DNA from: Sphingobacteriales bacterium
Lineage (GTDB): Bacteria; Bacteroidota; Bacteroidia; NS11-12g; UBA9320
Reading direction: 5' to 3'
NCBI GenBank assembly: GCA_043511425.1
Contig: CP121331.1
Coordinates: forward strand, 1,894,315 to 1,958,314
DNA length: 64,000 nt
Shown: piece after piece, positions 18,500 to 28,892 of the stretch
Numbering within the stretch: the stretch's first letter is position 1
Layout of the letters: the number at the start of each line of letters is the position of its first letter
The notes under the pieces: model-generated
The model's input: only the letters and a program-made list of their open reading frames with translations
What the model was told of the DNA's origin: nothing
Databases searched by the model: none
Position numbers and translations under genes: made by a program

Positions 18500-19125
18500 A
18501 TGACTAGAATGCAAACCCTTTCAATATTTCTCCTTTCCATAATCATAAACGCCTGTTCTAGCCCAGATGATATTCCTAAAGCTGAATCTAACCCTTTCGG
18601 CTATATAGAAGCAGGAAGCACTCTAAATGCTTATAGCAAAACAGGAAATGATACTATAGGAATTGAAGTACTTTTAACTTCACAAGTTTTTAGTGATAGC
18701 AGAAGCTACGACCTTGATAATGACGGAAAAGACGACATAAATTTTCTATGCATTGGGGGTGGCAGCGACGAAAATACTTGGGGAATGAATACACATATAA
18801 CACCTTTAGATAGCCATGAAATCGTGGTAACTGATGCAATCATCCGTGGAATAGAGATAGTCTCTCTCCATTTTCTTTAACTAAAGGCAGTGACATTAGT
18901 AGTCAATCCTATTTCAAACAAAAATCAAAGAGTACATATGGATTCGCCTTCACTGATGACGGACCCAACGGTTCAGGAAATTGCTGGGGTAATGAAGATT
19001 ATAAGTTTATTGGTGTCAAAATAAAGAAAGAGGATTCTTACACATTCGCTTGGATCAAGTTAGCAATAAAGACCGAAGACAAGAATCTTGAAATTATTAT
19101 TGACTCTTTTGGTTCTAGAGAATAA
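18500..19125 (+). pseudogene. Lipoprotein gene split by a frameshift near a CTCTCTC run (~18860)
   Basis: The 126-aa ORF ends at 18880. Frame +1 is open from 18835 to 19125, about 97 codons with no ATG (…YGFAFTDDGPNGSGNCWGNEDYKF…). Confidence 0.4.
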
Positions 19126-19173
19126 TGAACTTTTCACTCCATACTCTTCACTACTCACCGCAAATCCTTAGCT

Positions 19174-20478
19174 TTGCCCGTAATGAAGTACCCAAGATTA
19201 AACAAAGAGATTTTTATAGAAAATAGAAAACGTTTTGTGGCCGAGATGGAGCCGAATAGTATCGCTATATTCCATAGCAACTACCAATACAGTTGGAATG
19301 GTGATGCAGTATATAAATTCAAGCAAAACTCGGATATATTTTGGGCCAGTGGTATTGATCAAGAAGAGAGTGTTTTAGTGCTTTATCCAGATTGTCCTAT
19401 TCCTGAATATAGAGAGTGCCTTTTCTTGGTGGAAACCAATGATAAAATAGCGGTATGGGAAGGATACAAATACCCTAAAGAGGATGCTACTGCAACTAGC
19501 GGAATCGAAAATGTCTTCTGGAATAACGACTATATGCAGCAACTGCGTCAAGTGATTAACCTAGCGGATAATGTATACCTCCCCTTAAACGAAAACGACA
19601 GATTCAATCCTAAATCTCCTACTAAAGCGATAGACTTTGCCAAGGAAATGATGGACCTCTACCCGATGCATACCTATAAGCGTGCGGGTAAAATACTAAA
19701 CAGACTGCGTGGCACTAAAACAGCGCTAGAGCTAGAAGTAATGCGTGAAGCTGTACAGATATCTAAAAAAGGTCTACTTCGTGTACTAGAGACTACTAAA
19801 CCAGGAATGGGCGAGTACGAGATAGAAGCTAACTTAGCACACACCTTCTTAAGCAATAGAGCGAATGGTTTCAGTTTTGAGCCTATCGTAGCTTCAGGTA
19901 AGAATGCGTGCACGCTGCATTACGTCGAAAACAAGGACCAAGTAAAAGACGGAGACCTTATCTTGGTAGACTGCGGTGTGGACTACGCCAACTATGCCAG
20001 TGATATGACCAGATGTGTACCTGCCAATGGTAAATTCTCTCCACGCCAAAAGGACGTGTACAATGCTACCCTTAGAGTAATGAAAGCTGCAAGAGCTAAA
20101 TTAGTACCGGGCACTATGCTGATGGAGTACCAAAAAGAGGTAGAAGCACTAATGACTGAAGAGCTCATCGGTCTTGGGCTACTGACCCAAGAAGAAGTGA
20201 AAAATCAAGATCCAGCGTGGCCTGCAGTGAAAAAGTACTTTATGCACGGCACTAGTCACTTCCTTGGCATAGACGTCCACGATAGCGGAATGCGCTACGA
20301 GCCAATGACTGCGGGAATGGTATTTAGCTGTGAGCCAGGCATCTACATAGCAGAAGAAGGAATTGGAGTGCGAATAGAAAACCAAATCCTAATCACCGAG
20401 AATGGCCCTGTAGATATGATGGACGAAGCCGGAATGCCGATAGAGGTCGAGGAGATTGAAGCATTGATGGCAAGGTAG
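19174..20478 (+). CDS. pepP: Xaa-Pro aminopeptidase (M24B)
   Basis: HGTSHFLGIDVHD and D…D…H…E…E metal-ligand pattern. Confidence 0.7.
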   Translation: MPVMKYPRLNKEIFIENRKRFVAEMEPNSIAIFHSNYQYSWNGDAVYKFKQNSDIFWASGIDQEESVLVLYPDCPIPEYRECLFLVETNDKIAVWEGYKYPKEDATATSGIENVFWNNDYMQQLRQVINLADNVYLPLNENDRFNPKSPTKAIDFAKEMMDLYPMHTYKRAGKILNRLRGTKTALELEVMREAVQISKKGLLRVLETTKPGMGEYEIEANLAHTFLSNRANGFSFEPIVASGKNACTLHYVENKDQVKDGDLILVDCGVDYANYASDMTRCVPANGKFSPRQKDVYNATLRVMKAARAKLVPGTMLMEYQKEVEALMTEELIGLGLLTQEEVKNQDPAWPAVKKYFMHGTSHFLGIDVHDSGMRYEPMTAGMVFSCEPGIYIAEEGIGVRIENQILITENGPVDMMDEAGMPIEVEEIEALMAR

Positions 20479-20481
20479 TAA

Positions 20482-20949
20482 TCACCAACTCCCCATAGCA
20501 CCCTCATACGTCCATTTCTTGCTTGTACGCTTGTACGTAAGAGCCATTAGCGGAATACCGACTGCCAGCATGGGCAAGCCTGCTTTATAATTTTCGCTAG
20601 GGATATCCCAGCCTTTCCTCAGATTATCACTGAGCCCAAAGAGTGAGATGTTCATTCCTGTACTCACGAGCACAGAGGCTATCCTAAACATCCAAGGATC
20701 TCTTCTACCGATGCGCTCTACATTAGTCAGTGGTACTACTTTATGTTTTACACGGATAAGTGTCTCGCTAAGCACTTCCATAGTACCGCGTAATTTTTCT
20801 CCCTTAAACGTTTTTACCACTACAAACTCTCCTTGAGCTATTACCACTTCTTTTTGCTTGTCTCTGTGTTTTAGTACCAGGTATTTATTGGTTTGAGAAT
20901 GCGAAAATTGACATAAAAGGAGACAAATAACTAATAGTTTATACTGCAT
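20482..20949 (-). CDS. Hypothetical secreted/membrane protein
   Basis: Signal peptide and C-terminal hydrophobic segments. Confidence 0.4.
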   Translation of the reverse strand: MQYKLLVICLLLCQFSHSQTNKYLVLKHRDKQKEVVIAQGEFVVVKTFKGEKLRGTMEVLSETLIRVKHKVVPLTNVERIGRRDPWMFRIASVLVSTGMNISLFGLSDNLRKGWDIPSENYKAGLPMLAVGIPLMALTYKRTSKKWTYEGAMGSW

Positions 20950-20993
20950 GCTTATAGTACGAAAACCATTATTAATGGTTACACATATCGCAA

Positions 20994-22400
20994 TTAAACC
21001 AAATCAAACTCCTGATCTAACTCAGGTATTTCTACATTCTTAAACCCATCAGAAAGTATAGTCTCCTTGAATATTTCTTGTCTATCCAGCTCTCCGTGTA
21101 CTAAGAATATTTTCTTGAGTTTTGATTTGTCTTGACACTGCAAGAAGTCCAACATCTCCTGCTGATCGCCATGAGCGCTAAAGCTATCCATTATCACTAC
21201 TTCAGCTTTCACTTGCTTCTCTTTGCCAAATATCTTCACAGATTCAGCTCCATCTCTTATCCTTCTGCCTAACGTATTGTAAGCACAAAACCCTACTACC
21301 AGTATGGTATTTCGCTCGTCTTCTATATTATTATTCAGATGATGCTTTACTCTACCAGCCTGCATCATTCCACTGGCAGATATGATAACACACGGCTGAT
21401 TGGTCTCATTTATAGCCTTTGAATCTGCTACTTTTTTCACAAACTTCAGCCCTTTGAAACCAAAAGGATTCGGATCTATCTGCATATACTCCAGTATCTC
21501 TGCATCATAGCACTCCGGATGCATCACAAAAATATCTGTAGCATCTACGGCTAGTGGACTGTCTACATATACGGGTATATTGGGAAGCCTACCCGCCGTC
21601 TCCAACTTATCCATCATATAGACTATCTCTTGAGTTCGGCCTACAGAAAACGCAGGGATAATCAGTTTTCCTTTCTTTTCTACGCACGTATGCTGTATCA
21701 CCTTCAGCAGCTCTTCCTCGTCATTGGACATTCCCTGGTGTGTTTTACCACCATAGGTACTTTCACAGAGCAAGAAGTCACACGCTGGCATAGGCTGAGG
21801 ATCTCTGAGTATAGGTCTGTCTGGTCTACCTATGTCTCCCGTAAACCCAACGTACTGGTATTCTCCATCCTTGCCTTGTATTTTTAGTGTAACATTAGCG
21901 CTTCCGAGTATGTGTCCTGCGTCATTAAACTGCACCTGCACATCATCTGCTATACGAAACCACCTCCCGTAGCCTATGCCAACAAACTGCTCTATGGCCC
22001 GCACTGCATCGGGTACTGTATAGAGTGGTGGCATTGGCGGTAACTCTTTCCGCGCTCTGCGTTTATTCATCCACTCATTATCTTTCTCTTGAATAAATCC
22101 AGAATCCAATAGCATTAGAGCTGCTAAATCCCGCGTAGCACTCGTACACACTACGTCCCCTTTAAAGCCATCTTTACAAAGCTTAGGAATACGACCCGCA
22201 TGGTCTATGTGACTATGGCTAAGCACCATCACATCTACCTCGCTCGGACTAAAAACCCAGTCTTGGTTGAAATCATCAAAATCTGGATCATTTCCTTGGT
22301 ACAAACCACAATCAAATAGTATTTTAGTTCCCCTATCTTTCGTAATCAGGTGACTACTTCCCGTCACTGTTTGTGCTGCTCCGCAAAATTTAATTTTCAT
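20994..22400 (-). CDS. MBL-fold / beta-CASP RNA-metabolising hydrolase (RNase J / CPSF-like)
   Basis: HSHIDHAG motif. True start is MKIKFCGAAQTVTGSSHLI at 22400; the track ORF extends further upstream without homology. Confidence 0.7.
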   Translation of the reverse strand: MKIKFCGAAQTVTGSSHLITKDRGTKILFDCGLYQGNDPDFDDFNQDWVFSPSEVDVMVLSHSHIDHAGRIPKLCKDGFKGDVVCTSATRDLAALMLLDSGFIQEKDNEWMNKRRARKELPPMPPLYTVPDAVRAIEQFVGIGYGRWFRIADDVQVQFNDAGHILGSANVTLKIQGKDGEYQYVGFTGDIGRPDRPILRDPQPMPACDFLLCESTYGGKTHQGMSNDEEELLKVIQHTCVEKKGKLIIPAFSVGRTQEIVYMMDKLETAGRLPNIPVYVDSPLAVDATDIFVMHPECYDAEILEYMQIDPNPFGFKGLKFVKKVADSKAINETNQPCVIISASGMMQAGRVKHHLNNNIEDERNTILVVGFCAYNTLGRRIRDGAESVKIFGKEKQVKAEVVIMDSFSAHGDQQEMLDFLQCQDKSKLKKIFLVHGELDRQEIFKETILSDGFKNVEIPELDQEFDLV

Positions 22401-22497
22401 TGGTTCCTTTCTATTGGTCAAACTTATCACTTCGAACGCACAATCAGATAGACCAAAAATGATATTTAATAACATTTGGTATCTTTGATACACTATT

Positions 22498-22920
22498 ATG
22501 AAATCAATATACTTCATCCTATTGACCATGCTATTCATCTCCTGTAAAGATAAAGAACCCACTTCAGCACAGTGTGATAGAACCCTAATCATAAGTGATA
22601 AAGACTTCAATGAAGCAAAAGATGAAAGTGATTTTGGTATAAATAATGTAAGTATCACGGGAGATTGCATGACTGTCACCTATAGATATGGCGGTGGTTG
22701 TGGTGAAATCACCACCAAGCTAGTAGCCGCAGAAGAAAGTATACAACATACAGGCAACCTTACTTTTCGTGAGCTTAAACTATCCATAGATGATAAGGAC
22801 AATTGTGAGGCCTTAATCACCATTTCAGAAGAGTTTGACATCTCCGCCCTACAAGGAAGCGGAAACAGTGTGATTATTAAGTTGCATAAGTGGGCTGAAG
22901 ACCTAGTGTATACGTACTAA
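22498..22920 (+). CDS. Lipoprotein, hypothetical
   Basis: Lipobox LFISC. Confidence 0.45.
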   Translation: MKSIYFILLTMLFISCKDKEPTSAQCDRTLIISDKDFNEAKDESDFGINNVSITGDCMTVTYRYGGGCGEITTKLVAAEESIQHTGNLTFRELKLSIDDKDNCEALITISEEFDISALQGSGNSVIIKLHKWAEDLVYTY

Positions 22921-22943
22921 AGTAAATTCTCTTTCTTTGCCTT

Positions 22944-23828
22944 GTGCAATTTTTAAATGATTCAAAACTTCTAGTCACCGACGGTAGCAGCTTCGACCTC
23001 AGTAATCACACCACCAACTATACTGCCGGTATAACAAGTGAACAGCAAGCTAAAAAGCTACTCAAAAAAGCCAATAAGGCCATCTATAAGGAGCAGCGAA
23101 AGCTAAATGCATCAGATAACCACGCTGTACTGTGCGTGTTTCAAGCTATGGATGCCGCTGGCAAGGATAGTACCATTCGCAATGTCTTCACAGGTGTGAA
23201 TCCAGCAGGTTTTAAGGTCACTAGCTTCAAATCTCCCAGTAAAAAAGAATTGGATCATGATTTTCTTTGGCGGTGTAATGCTGCCGTGCCTGGCCGAGGG
23301 ATGATTGGTATTTTTAACAGAAGTCACTATGAAGAAGTGTTGGTATGCAAGGTGCACCCTAGCTATGTGTTAGGACAAAACATACCCGGGATAGACTCAG
23401 AAGCCGATATTAATTCAGCATTTTGGGCGGACAGGTACGAGAGTATCCGTAACTGGGAAAACCATCTCATCAAAAATGGCACAATTATTCTCAAATTCTT
23501 TTTGAATGTAGGCCGTGACGAGCAAAAAGCACGTTTTAAAGCTAGAATAGAAGAAAAAAAGAAGAACTGGAAGTTTAATTTTGGTGATATGAAAGAGCGC
23601 GCATTGTGGCCCAAGTATATGAATGCCTACCAAGATGCCATCCAAAATACGGCTAGTGTAAAAGCTCCATGGTATGTAATACCTGCTGATAATAAGGCTA
23701 TTATGCAATCAATGGTAGCAAATATAGTAGCAGACACTTTAAAAAATATAGCGCTAAACTATCCTGTTGTAGGAGAAAAAGAGATTGCAGAAATGGCCGA
23801 GGCTAAGAAAATTTTAGAAAATGAATAA
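22944..23828 (+). CDS. ppk2: Polyphosphate kinase 2 family (polyphosphate:nucleotide phosphotransferase)
   Basis: Walker-A-like QAMDAAGKDSTIR and the DRYESIRNWENHL region. Confidence 0.7.
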   Translation: MQFLNDSKLLVTDGSSFDLSNHTTNYTAGITSEQQAKKLLKKANKAIYKEQRKLNASDNHAVLCVFQAMDAAGKDSTIRNVFTGVNPAGFKVTSFKSPSKKELDHDFLWRCNAAVPGRGMIGIFNRSHYEEVLVCKVHPSYVLGQNIPGIDSEADINSAFWADRYESIRNWENHLIKNGTIILKFFLNVGRDEQKARFKARIEEKKKNWKFNFGDMKERALWPKYMNAYQDAIQNTASVKAPWYVIPADNKAIMQSMVANIVADTLKNIALNYPVVGEKEIAEMAEAKKILENE

Positions 23829-23910
23829 TGACAATGGTATTGTTTGTGAAAAATACTACTTTTGCAAGCCTTTTAGAAAAATACGCTAACAAGCATAAAG
23901 AGATATAACG

Positions 23911-24072
23911 ATGAGTAAGAGAACATTCCAACCGAGCAGAAGAAAAAGAAGAAACAAACACGGTTTCAGAGAGAGAATGGCCAGCAAAAACGGTAGAAAA
24001 GTACTAGCTGCACGTCGTAAAAAAGGGCGTAAGAAGCTTACCGTTTCTGACGAACCACGTCACAAAAAGTAA
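23911..24072 (+). CDS. rpmH: 50S ribosomal protein L34
   Basis: [46 protein letters not shown]. Missing from the track because it is under 60 aa. Confidence 0.85.
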   Translation: MSKRTFQPSRRKRRNKHGFRERMASKNGRKVLAARRKKGRKKLTVSDEPRHKK

Positions 24073-24098
24073 TCGCTGCTTTTACCCATAATTGATCT

Positions 24099-24491
24099 AT
24101 GGGGATTTCACACACTTTTCACAAATTAGAAAAGCTTTCTCACAAGGCTTCTATAGATTCTATTTTCCAAAAAAAAGGAAAAAGTATATACCGTTCTCCG
24201 GTGCTATTAGCCTATTACAAGACGGAGCTAGAGACTCCATATCCTTGTCAACTAATGGTATCTGTAGGGAAACGTAAGTTTAAAAAAGCCGTAGATCGAA
24301 ATAGAATTAAGCGCCAAATTACTGATATATACCGTAGACACAAGCATCGCATCTACGCCGCTGTAGGTACGGACGATAAATATGCTATAGGTATACTTTT
24401 CTTAGGAAAAACACACCCATCTCACGAAGACTTAGAAAAAAAAATAATTTCGTGCTTTGATGAATTTATTAAACTCTTATCCAACGACTAA
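24099..24491 (+). CDS. rnpA: RNase P protein component
   Basis: Basic protein with the RNR motif region (VDRNRIKRQITDIYR). Directly downstream of rpmH. Confidence 0.75.
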   Translation: MGISHTFHKLEKLSHKASIDSIFQKKGKSIYRSPVLLAYYKTELETPYPCQLMVSVGKRKFKKAVDRNRIKRQITDIYRRHKHRIYAAVGTDDKYAIGILFLGKTHPSHEDLEKKIISCFDEFIKLLSND

Positions 24492-24497
24492 ACCATC

Positions 24498-25328
24498 ATG
24501 TCCGAATATCTAGAGCGATTACAAAATACATTTACCGAAATAACAAGTGGAGATTACACAGAAAAGCTGTGGGCTAAGATCTACAAAAAAGACAGCGTAA
24601 GTTTCAGGGCTAAAATTCAAGGCGTAAAAAGTTTCATCCACTTTGACCAGATGCCATGGAACTATCCGAACACAGAGTACTGGGACGTCATAGCTCCTAT
24701 GCTTATGGGCAAGGTCTATGATGCGAAACTACTTGGAAGTGATCCAGAGACTATGCGCCTAACCTTGTCTGTGGCTCATAATTCCTTTTCCAAAAAAATA
24801 TACACCAAGGGTCAATCGTATAAGTGCATCGTATTGGAAAAGCATAAAACCTTCTTAGTGGTAGAAGCCGGAGTAGACTCTAGTTTCAAAAACGGGTCTC
24901 AGCTTGGAGAAATAAGCACCTACGACTTCTGGAAAGCCCAAGAATTCCGCGAGGCTAAAGTAGGAGATGAACTTACACTCACTTACCTCAAGCATAAAAA
25001 TGATCAGACGCTTACCATGTGCAGTCCCACAAAGTACAAGCAGTGGTATAAGCAAAAACCAGAGCAATATGTTGGTGAGTTCATAGACGTAACAGTAAAC
25101 AAAGAAGGCAGCAAAACTACCTATACCGTGAATGAAGCATACAATGGTATACTGCGTATAGGGCCTAAACTGTATGGTGAAGATCTGATAAGTCCGCTTA
25201 ATAGATACATTCAGAATCTGTCTGACGGAGACGAAATGACCTGCTATGTGCAAGGGGTCAATCCTAAGACCAATGAGTATTTTTTACGTTTCGAACCACG
25301 ATTGCTCGAAGAGCTTAAAAAGATATAG
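24498..25328 (+). CDS. Hypothetical protein inserted between rnpA and yidD
   Basis: 276 aa. Tight operon spacing. No motif recognised. Confidence 0.45.
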   Translation: MSEYLERLQNTFTEITSGDYTEKLWAKIYKKDSVSFRAKIQGVKSFIHFDQMPWNYPNTEYWDVIAPMLMGKVYDAKLLGSDPETMRLTLSVAHNSFSKKIYTKGQSYKCIVLEKHKTFLVVEAGVDSSFKNGSQLGEISTYDFWKAQEFREAKVGDELTLTYLKHKNDQTLTMCSPTKYKQWYKQKPEQYVGEFIDVTVNKEGSKTTYTVNEAYNGILRIGPKLYGEDLISPLNRYIQNLSDGDEMTCYVQGVNPKTNEYFLRFEPRLLEELKKI

Positions 25329-25570
25329 TGCGACTCTTACAAGGATTAAAAGCCATACTTGTACTCCTACTTTTGATACCTATCCGTATTTATCAAAAGA
25401 TTATATCTCCGTTTTTACCTGCTACATGCAGATACACTCCTACCTGCAGCTCATATGCAGTAGAAGCCCTTCAAAAACACGGACCTATCAAAGGACTTTA
25501 TCTAGCCATACGCAGGATTCTCAGCTGCCACCCTTGGAGTGGAAAGCACGGATACGATCCCGTACCGTAG
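25328..25570 (+). CDS. yidD: Membrane protein insertion efficiency factor YidD
   Basis: [27 protein letters not shown] is the canonical YidD motif. Confidence 0.8.
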   Translation: MRLLQGLKAILVLLLLIPIRIYQKIISPFLPATCRYTPTCSSYAVEALQKHGPIKGLYLAIRRILSCHPWSGKHGYDPVP

Positions 25571-25688
25571 CTACAGATGAGTTACATTTTTAGTATTCAG
25601 GAGGCTTTCCAAATTCCGCAAAAGTGTTTAGCTCATTAGTTTTTTTAATCAAAATACTTAATTTTGATATATTATTACACTCGAAAAC

Positions 25689-26105
25689 ATGAAATTTAAT
25701 AGAAAAGCAAGTATTGCCGCGGTAGCTACAGCAGTGGTAATCTTCAACCTAACCAGTTGTAAGTACGAAGACGGACCAAGCATCAGCTTAAGAACAAAAA
25801 CCTCAAGACTCACAGGAGAATGGGAAGTAAAGTTCATTGATGGAGAAGGCTTTGGCGGCTCCGATAGTGAACTTATCATCGAATTTGAAAAAGGAGGAGA
25901 CCTGAATTACTCAGGAAAGTATTCATACTATGGATATTCTAATGAGTTCTCCTACAAGGGAGAATGGGAATGGATAGATGGTAAAGAAAAAATAGAAGTA
26001 ATAGTGGATGGTGACAAAACGGAATGGGAAGTTACCCGCCTTACGAATAAAGAGTTGGAGTTTGAAGATGAGGCCCGCGATAAGTGGGAGCTTGAAAAAT
26101 TATAA
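25689..26105 (+). CDS. Lipoprotein, hypothetical
   Basis: Lipobox LTSC. Confidence 0.5.
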   Translation: MKFNRKASIAAVATAVVIFNLTSCKYEDGPSISLRTKTSRLTGEWEVKFIDGEGFGGSDSELIIEFEKGGDLNYSGKYSYYGYSNEFSYKGEWEWIDGKEKIEVIVDGDKTEWEVTRLTNKELEFEDEARDKWELEKL

Positions 26106-26124
26106 CTAGAGATTAAATAAAACA

Positions 26125-26155
26125 GAAAAAAGTCGGGCAACCGACTTTTTTTTTG
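26125..26155 (+). terminator. Rho-independent terminator (AGTCGG-gcaa-CCGACT then T9)
   Basis: Seen directly in the sequence after the 25689-26105 gene. Confidence 0.6.
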
Positions 26156-26162
26156 CTTACAT

Positions 26163-27209
26163 ATGGACTACAAACTAACTATTACAGAAGATTTTGAATC
26201 TCTCCTACATAGCACAGGGAGCACTTTAGCGATTAGCGTATACCAAGCAGGAAAAGTATTACTGATTAATACTAAAGAAAACGGCGTGATGAACATCACA
26301 CCTATTAACTACGAAAAGCCTATGGGTGTTATAGCAGAAGGTGATAATCTGGCAATAGCTACCAAGAAAGAACTTCACCTCTATGCTAATTCACAAAAAC
26401 TTGCTCGAAGAATGAAGGTGAATGGGAGAGACTTAGATAATCTGTACTTTCCTCGTGTGACCTACCATACCGGTGACCTTGATCTGCATGATTTAGCGTA
26501 TTTAAATAAAAAAATAATAGCGGTGAATACACGCTTCTCTTGTGTGTGCTCCTTTGATGAAAATTTCAGCTTTACCCCTATCTGGTCACCACCTTTCATT
26601 ACAGAAAACACGCCAGAAGACCGGTGTCATCTAAATGGCCTGGAACTCGAGCATGGAGAACTAAAATATGCAACTGCGCTAGGCACAGGAAATACCAAAG
26701 AATCTTGGAGAGATAATATAAAGGCTGGTGGTATGCTTATGGACATACCTTCAAATAAAATACTACTTGATAACCTATCCATGCCTCACTCACCGAGACT
26801 ATATAACAACAGGTTATTTTTACTTGAATCTGCAAAAGGGGAACTCGTAGAAATAAACCAAGAAACCATGGAGAAACGAACTATAGTAAAATTGAATGGA
26901 CTTGTTCGTGGTCTTAGCATTGTCAATGATTTAGCTTTTATAGGCATCTCCAAAGTAAGAGAAAAAAGTTCCACCTTCAGTAAGTTAGACGATAGTGTTA
27001 AAGCTGAATTCGCTTCTATCCACATCGTTGATATAAATCACGGTGCTATATTAGCACGACTTAGTTTTAAAGGAGACATACAAGAAATTTACGATATTAG
27101 GCTGCTGGATGGAGTCAAGAATGTTGGTCTATTCGGGCTCTATGATGACCGATATAGCAGTGCTGTTATATCCCCTCAGAATGAATTTTGGAAACGAAGT
27201 AACTCTTGA
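26163..27209 (+). CDS. Conserved hypothetical protein (possibly TIGR03032-like)
   Basis: 348 aa. Family assignment is from memory only. Confidence 0.35.
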   Translation: MDYKLTITEDFESLLHSTGSTLAISVYQAGKVLLINTKENGVMNITPINYEKPMGVIAEGDNLAIATKKELHLYANSQKLARRMKVNGRDLDNLYFPRVTYHTGDLDLHDLAYLNKKIIAVNTRFSCVCSFDENFSFTPIWSPPFITENTPEDRCHLNGLELEHGELKYATALGTGNTKESWRDNIKAGGMLMDIPSNKILLDNLSMPHSPRLYNNRLFLLESAKGELVEINQETMEKRTIVKLNGLVRGLSIVNDLAFIGISKVREKSSTFSKLDDSVKAEFASIHIVDINHGAILARLSFKGDIQEIYDIRLLDGVKNVGLFGLYDDRYSSAVISPQNEFWKRSNS

Positions 27210-27263
27210 CACATTTTCTAGCTCTGTAATTACGTTACATTTGTACACACACACTTTATACAC

Positions 27264-28892
27264 GTGAAAAAATACATCTATTTATCTGTTATCGCACTGA
27301 TTGGGTTCTCGGCTTTCAAAGCAGAGGACTACTTCGAAATATCTAAAAACCTTGACATTTTTGCTGAAGTATACAAAGAAGTAAACACAACCTACGTAGA
27401 TGACGTAAAACCAGGCGAACTTGTTCGAGCGGCAATAGACGGCATGTTAGGCTCTCTAGACCCATATACCAACTTTTACAGTGAAGCTCAGGCAGAGGAT
27501 TACCGCTACCAAACCACAGGTACCTATGCGGGTATAGGCTCTACAATTCGTACAATAGGAGACTATGTATACATAGAAAGCCCCGTAGAAGGATTCCCAG
27601 CTCAAAAAGCAGGACTGCTTCCTGGAGACAAGATACTAGAAGTAAGTGGAGAGGACATGAAAGGGAAAAAGAGCAATGAACTTACAGATTACCTGAAAGG
27701 GAAAGCAGGGACCACATTCATCATCAAAATAGAACGATTGGGAGAAGGAGTACTTGAAAAATCGATTACACGAGAAAATATAAAACTCAAAAACGTTCCA
27801 TACCTCGGCATCATAGAGGATAATATAGGCTACTTGCAACTTACAGGCTTCACCCCAAATGCAGGTAAAGAGGTACAAGATGCCGTAATAGAGCTAAAAA
27901 GTAAAGGTGCTACCTCTATAGTACTTGACTTACGCAATAATGGTGGAGGGCTCCTCCATGAGGCCATTAATATCGTAAATGTGTTTGTACCGAGAGGAGA
28001 GACTATAGTGATTACTAGAGGAAAATTTGAAGAAGATAACCGGACGTACAAAACCCTTAACTCACCTGTAGATACCGAAATACCACTGGTAGTACTCATC
28101 AATGGAAATTCGGCTTCTGCTAGCGAAATCGTATCTGGAGCTTTACAAGATCTTGATAGAGCTGTACTCGTAGGTCGAAACTCTTTTGGCAAAGGTCTAG
28201 TGCAGACCACCAAACGACTCACCTACAATACGAGTATGAAAATAACTACTGCAAAATACTATATCCCAAGCGGTAGACTCATACAACGATTAGACTACGG
28301 TAATAAGGTGAATGGCAAAGCAATAGCTGTAGCAGATAGTGTAAAAAAAGCATTTAAAACGCGAAGAGGAAGAGACGTGACAGATGGCGAGGGAATACAA
28401 CCTGATGAGAATATAGCACTCCCTGAATTCTCCAAATTAGCACAGAGTTTGATCCGAAATAATCTAATCTTCGACTACGCGAACAAATATAGAAGTGAGC
28501 ACCCTACGGCAGCAGAGCCCCTAGATTTTGATGTGGATGATGCGCTGTACTCAGACTTCACTCAATTCTTATCTGACAAAGAATACTCCTACACTACACG
28601 TACCGAGAGTGATTTAGAAAGACTAGAAAAGCAAGCGAAAGATGATAACTACTACGTACTTCTAGAACCTGAGTTGACTAAACTCAAAGAAGCAATAGAC
28701 CATACGAAAAAGACTGATTTAATGAATCAAAAAGCTGAAATCAAAGAACTCCTTGAGTTTGAAATCATCAAGCGGTACTACTTTGAGCGTGGTAAAGTGG
28801 AAATCGGCTTTGATGACGATAAAGACTGGGCTAAGGTGACTGAAATTTTAGGAGACAAGAAAGTGTACAATGACATACTCTTAGTAAACTAA
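27264..28892 (+). CDS. S41 family C-terminal processing peptidase
   Basis: PDZ region followed by LDLRNNGGG and the catalytic region. GTG start. Confidence 0.75.
   Translation: MKKYIYLSVIALIGFSAFKAEDYFEISKNLDIFAEVYKEVNTTYVDDVKPGELVRAAIDGMLGSLDPYTNFYSEAQAEDYRYQTTGTYAGIGSTIRTIGDYVYIESPVEGFPAQKAGLLPGDKILEVSGEDMKGKKSNELTDYLKGKAGTTFIIKIERLGEGVLEKSITRENIKLKNVPYLGIIEDNIGYLQLTGFTPNAGKEVQDAVIELKSKGATSIVLDLRNNGGGLLHEAINIVNVFVPRGETIVITRGKFEEDNRTYKTLNSPVDTEIPLVVLINGNSASASEIVSGALQDLDRAVLVGRNSFGKGLVQTTKRLTYNTSMKITTAKYYIPSGRLIQRLDYGNKVNGKAIAVADSVKKAFKTRRGRDVTDGEGIQPDENIALPEFSKLAQSLIRNNLIFDYANKYRSEHPTAAEPLDFDVDDALYSDFTQFLSDKEYSYTTRTESDLERLEKQAKDDNYYVLLEPELTKLKEAIDHTKKTDLMNQKAEIKELLEFEIIKRYYFERGKVEIGFDDDKDWAKVTEILGDKKVYNDILLVN

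Noticed and set aside
22401-22679. 93-codon N-terminal extension of the MBL/beta-CASP hydrolase ORF
   Set aside because: No similarity to the family. The conserved N-terminus MKIKFCGAAQ begins at the internal ATG at 22400.
24092-24277. ORF 24092-24277 overlapping rnpA in another frame
   Set aside because: It is fully contained in the well-supported rnpA reading frame region and has no homology.
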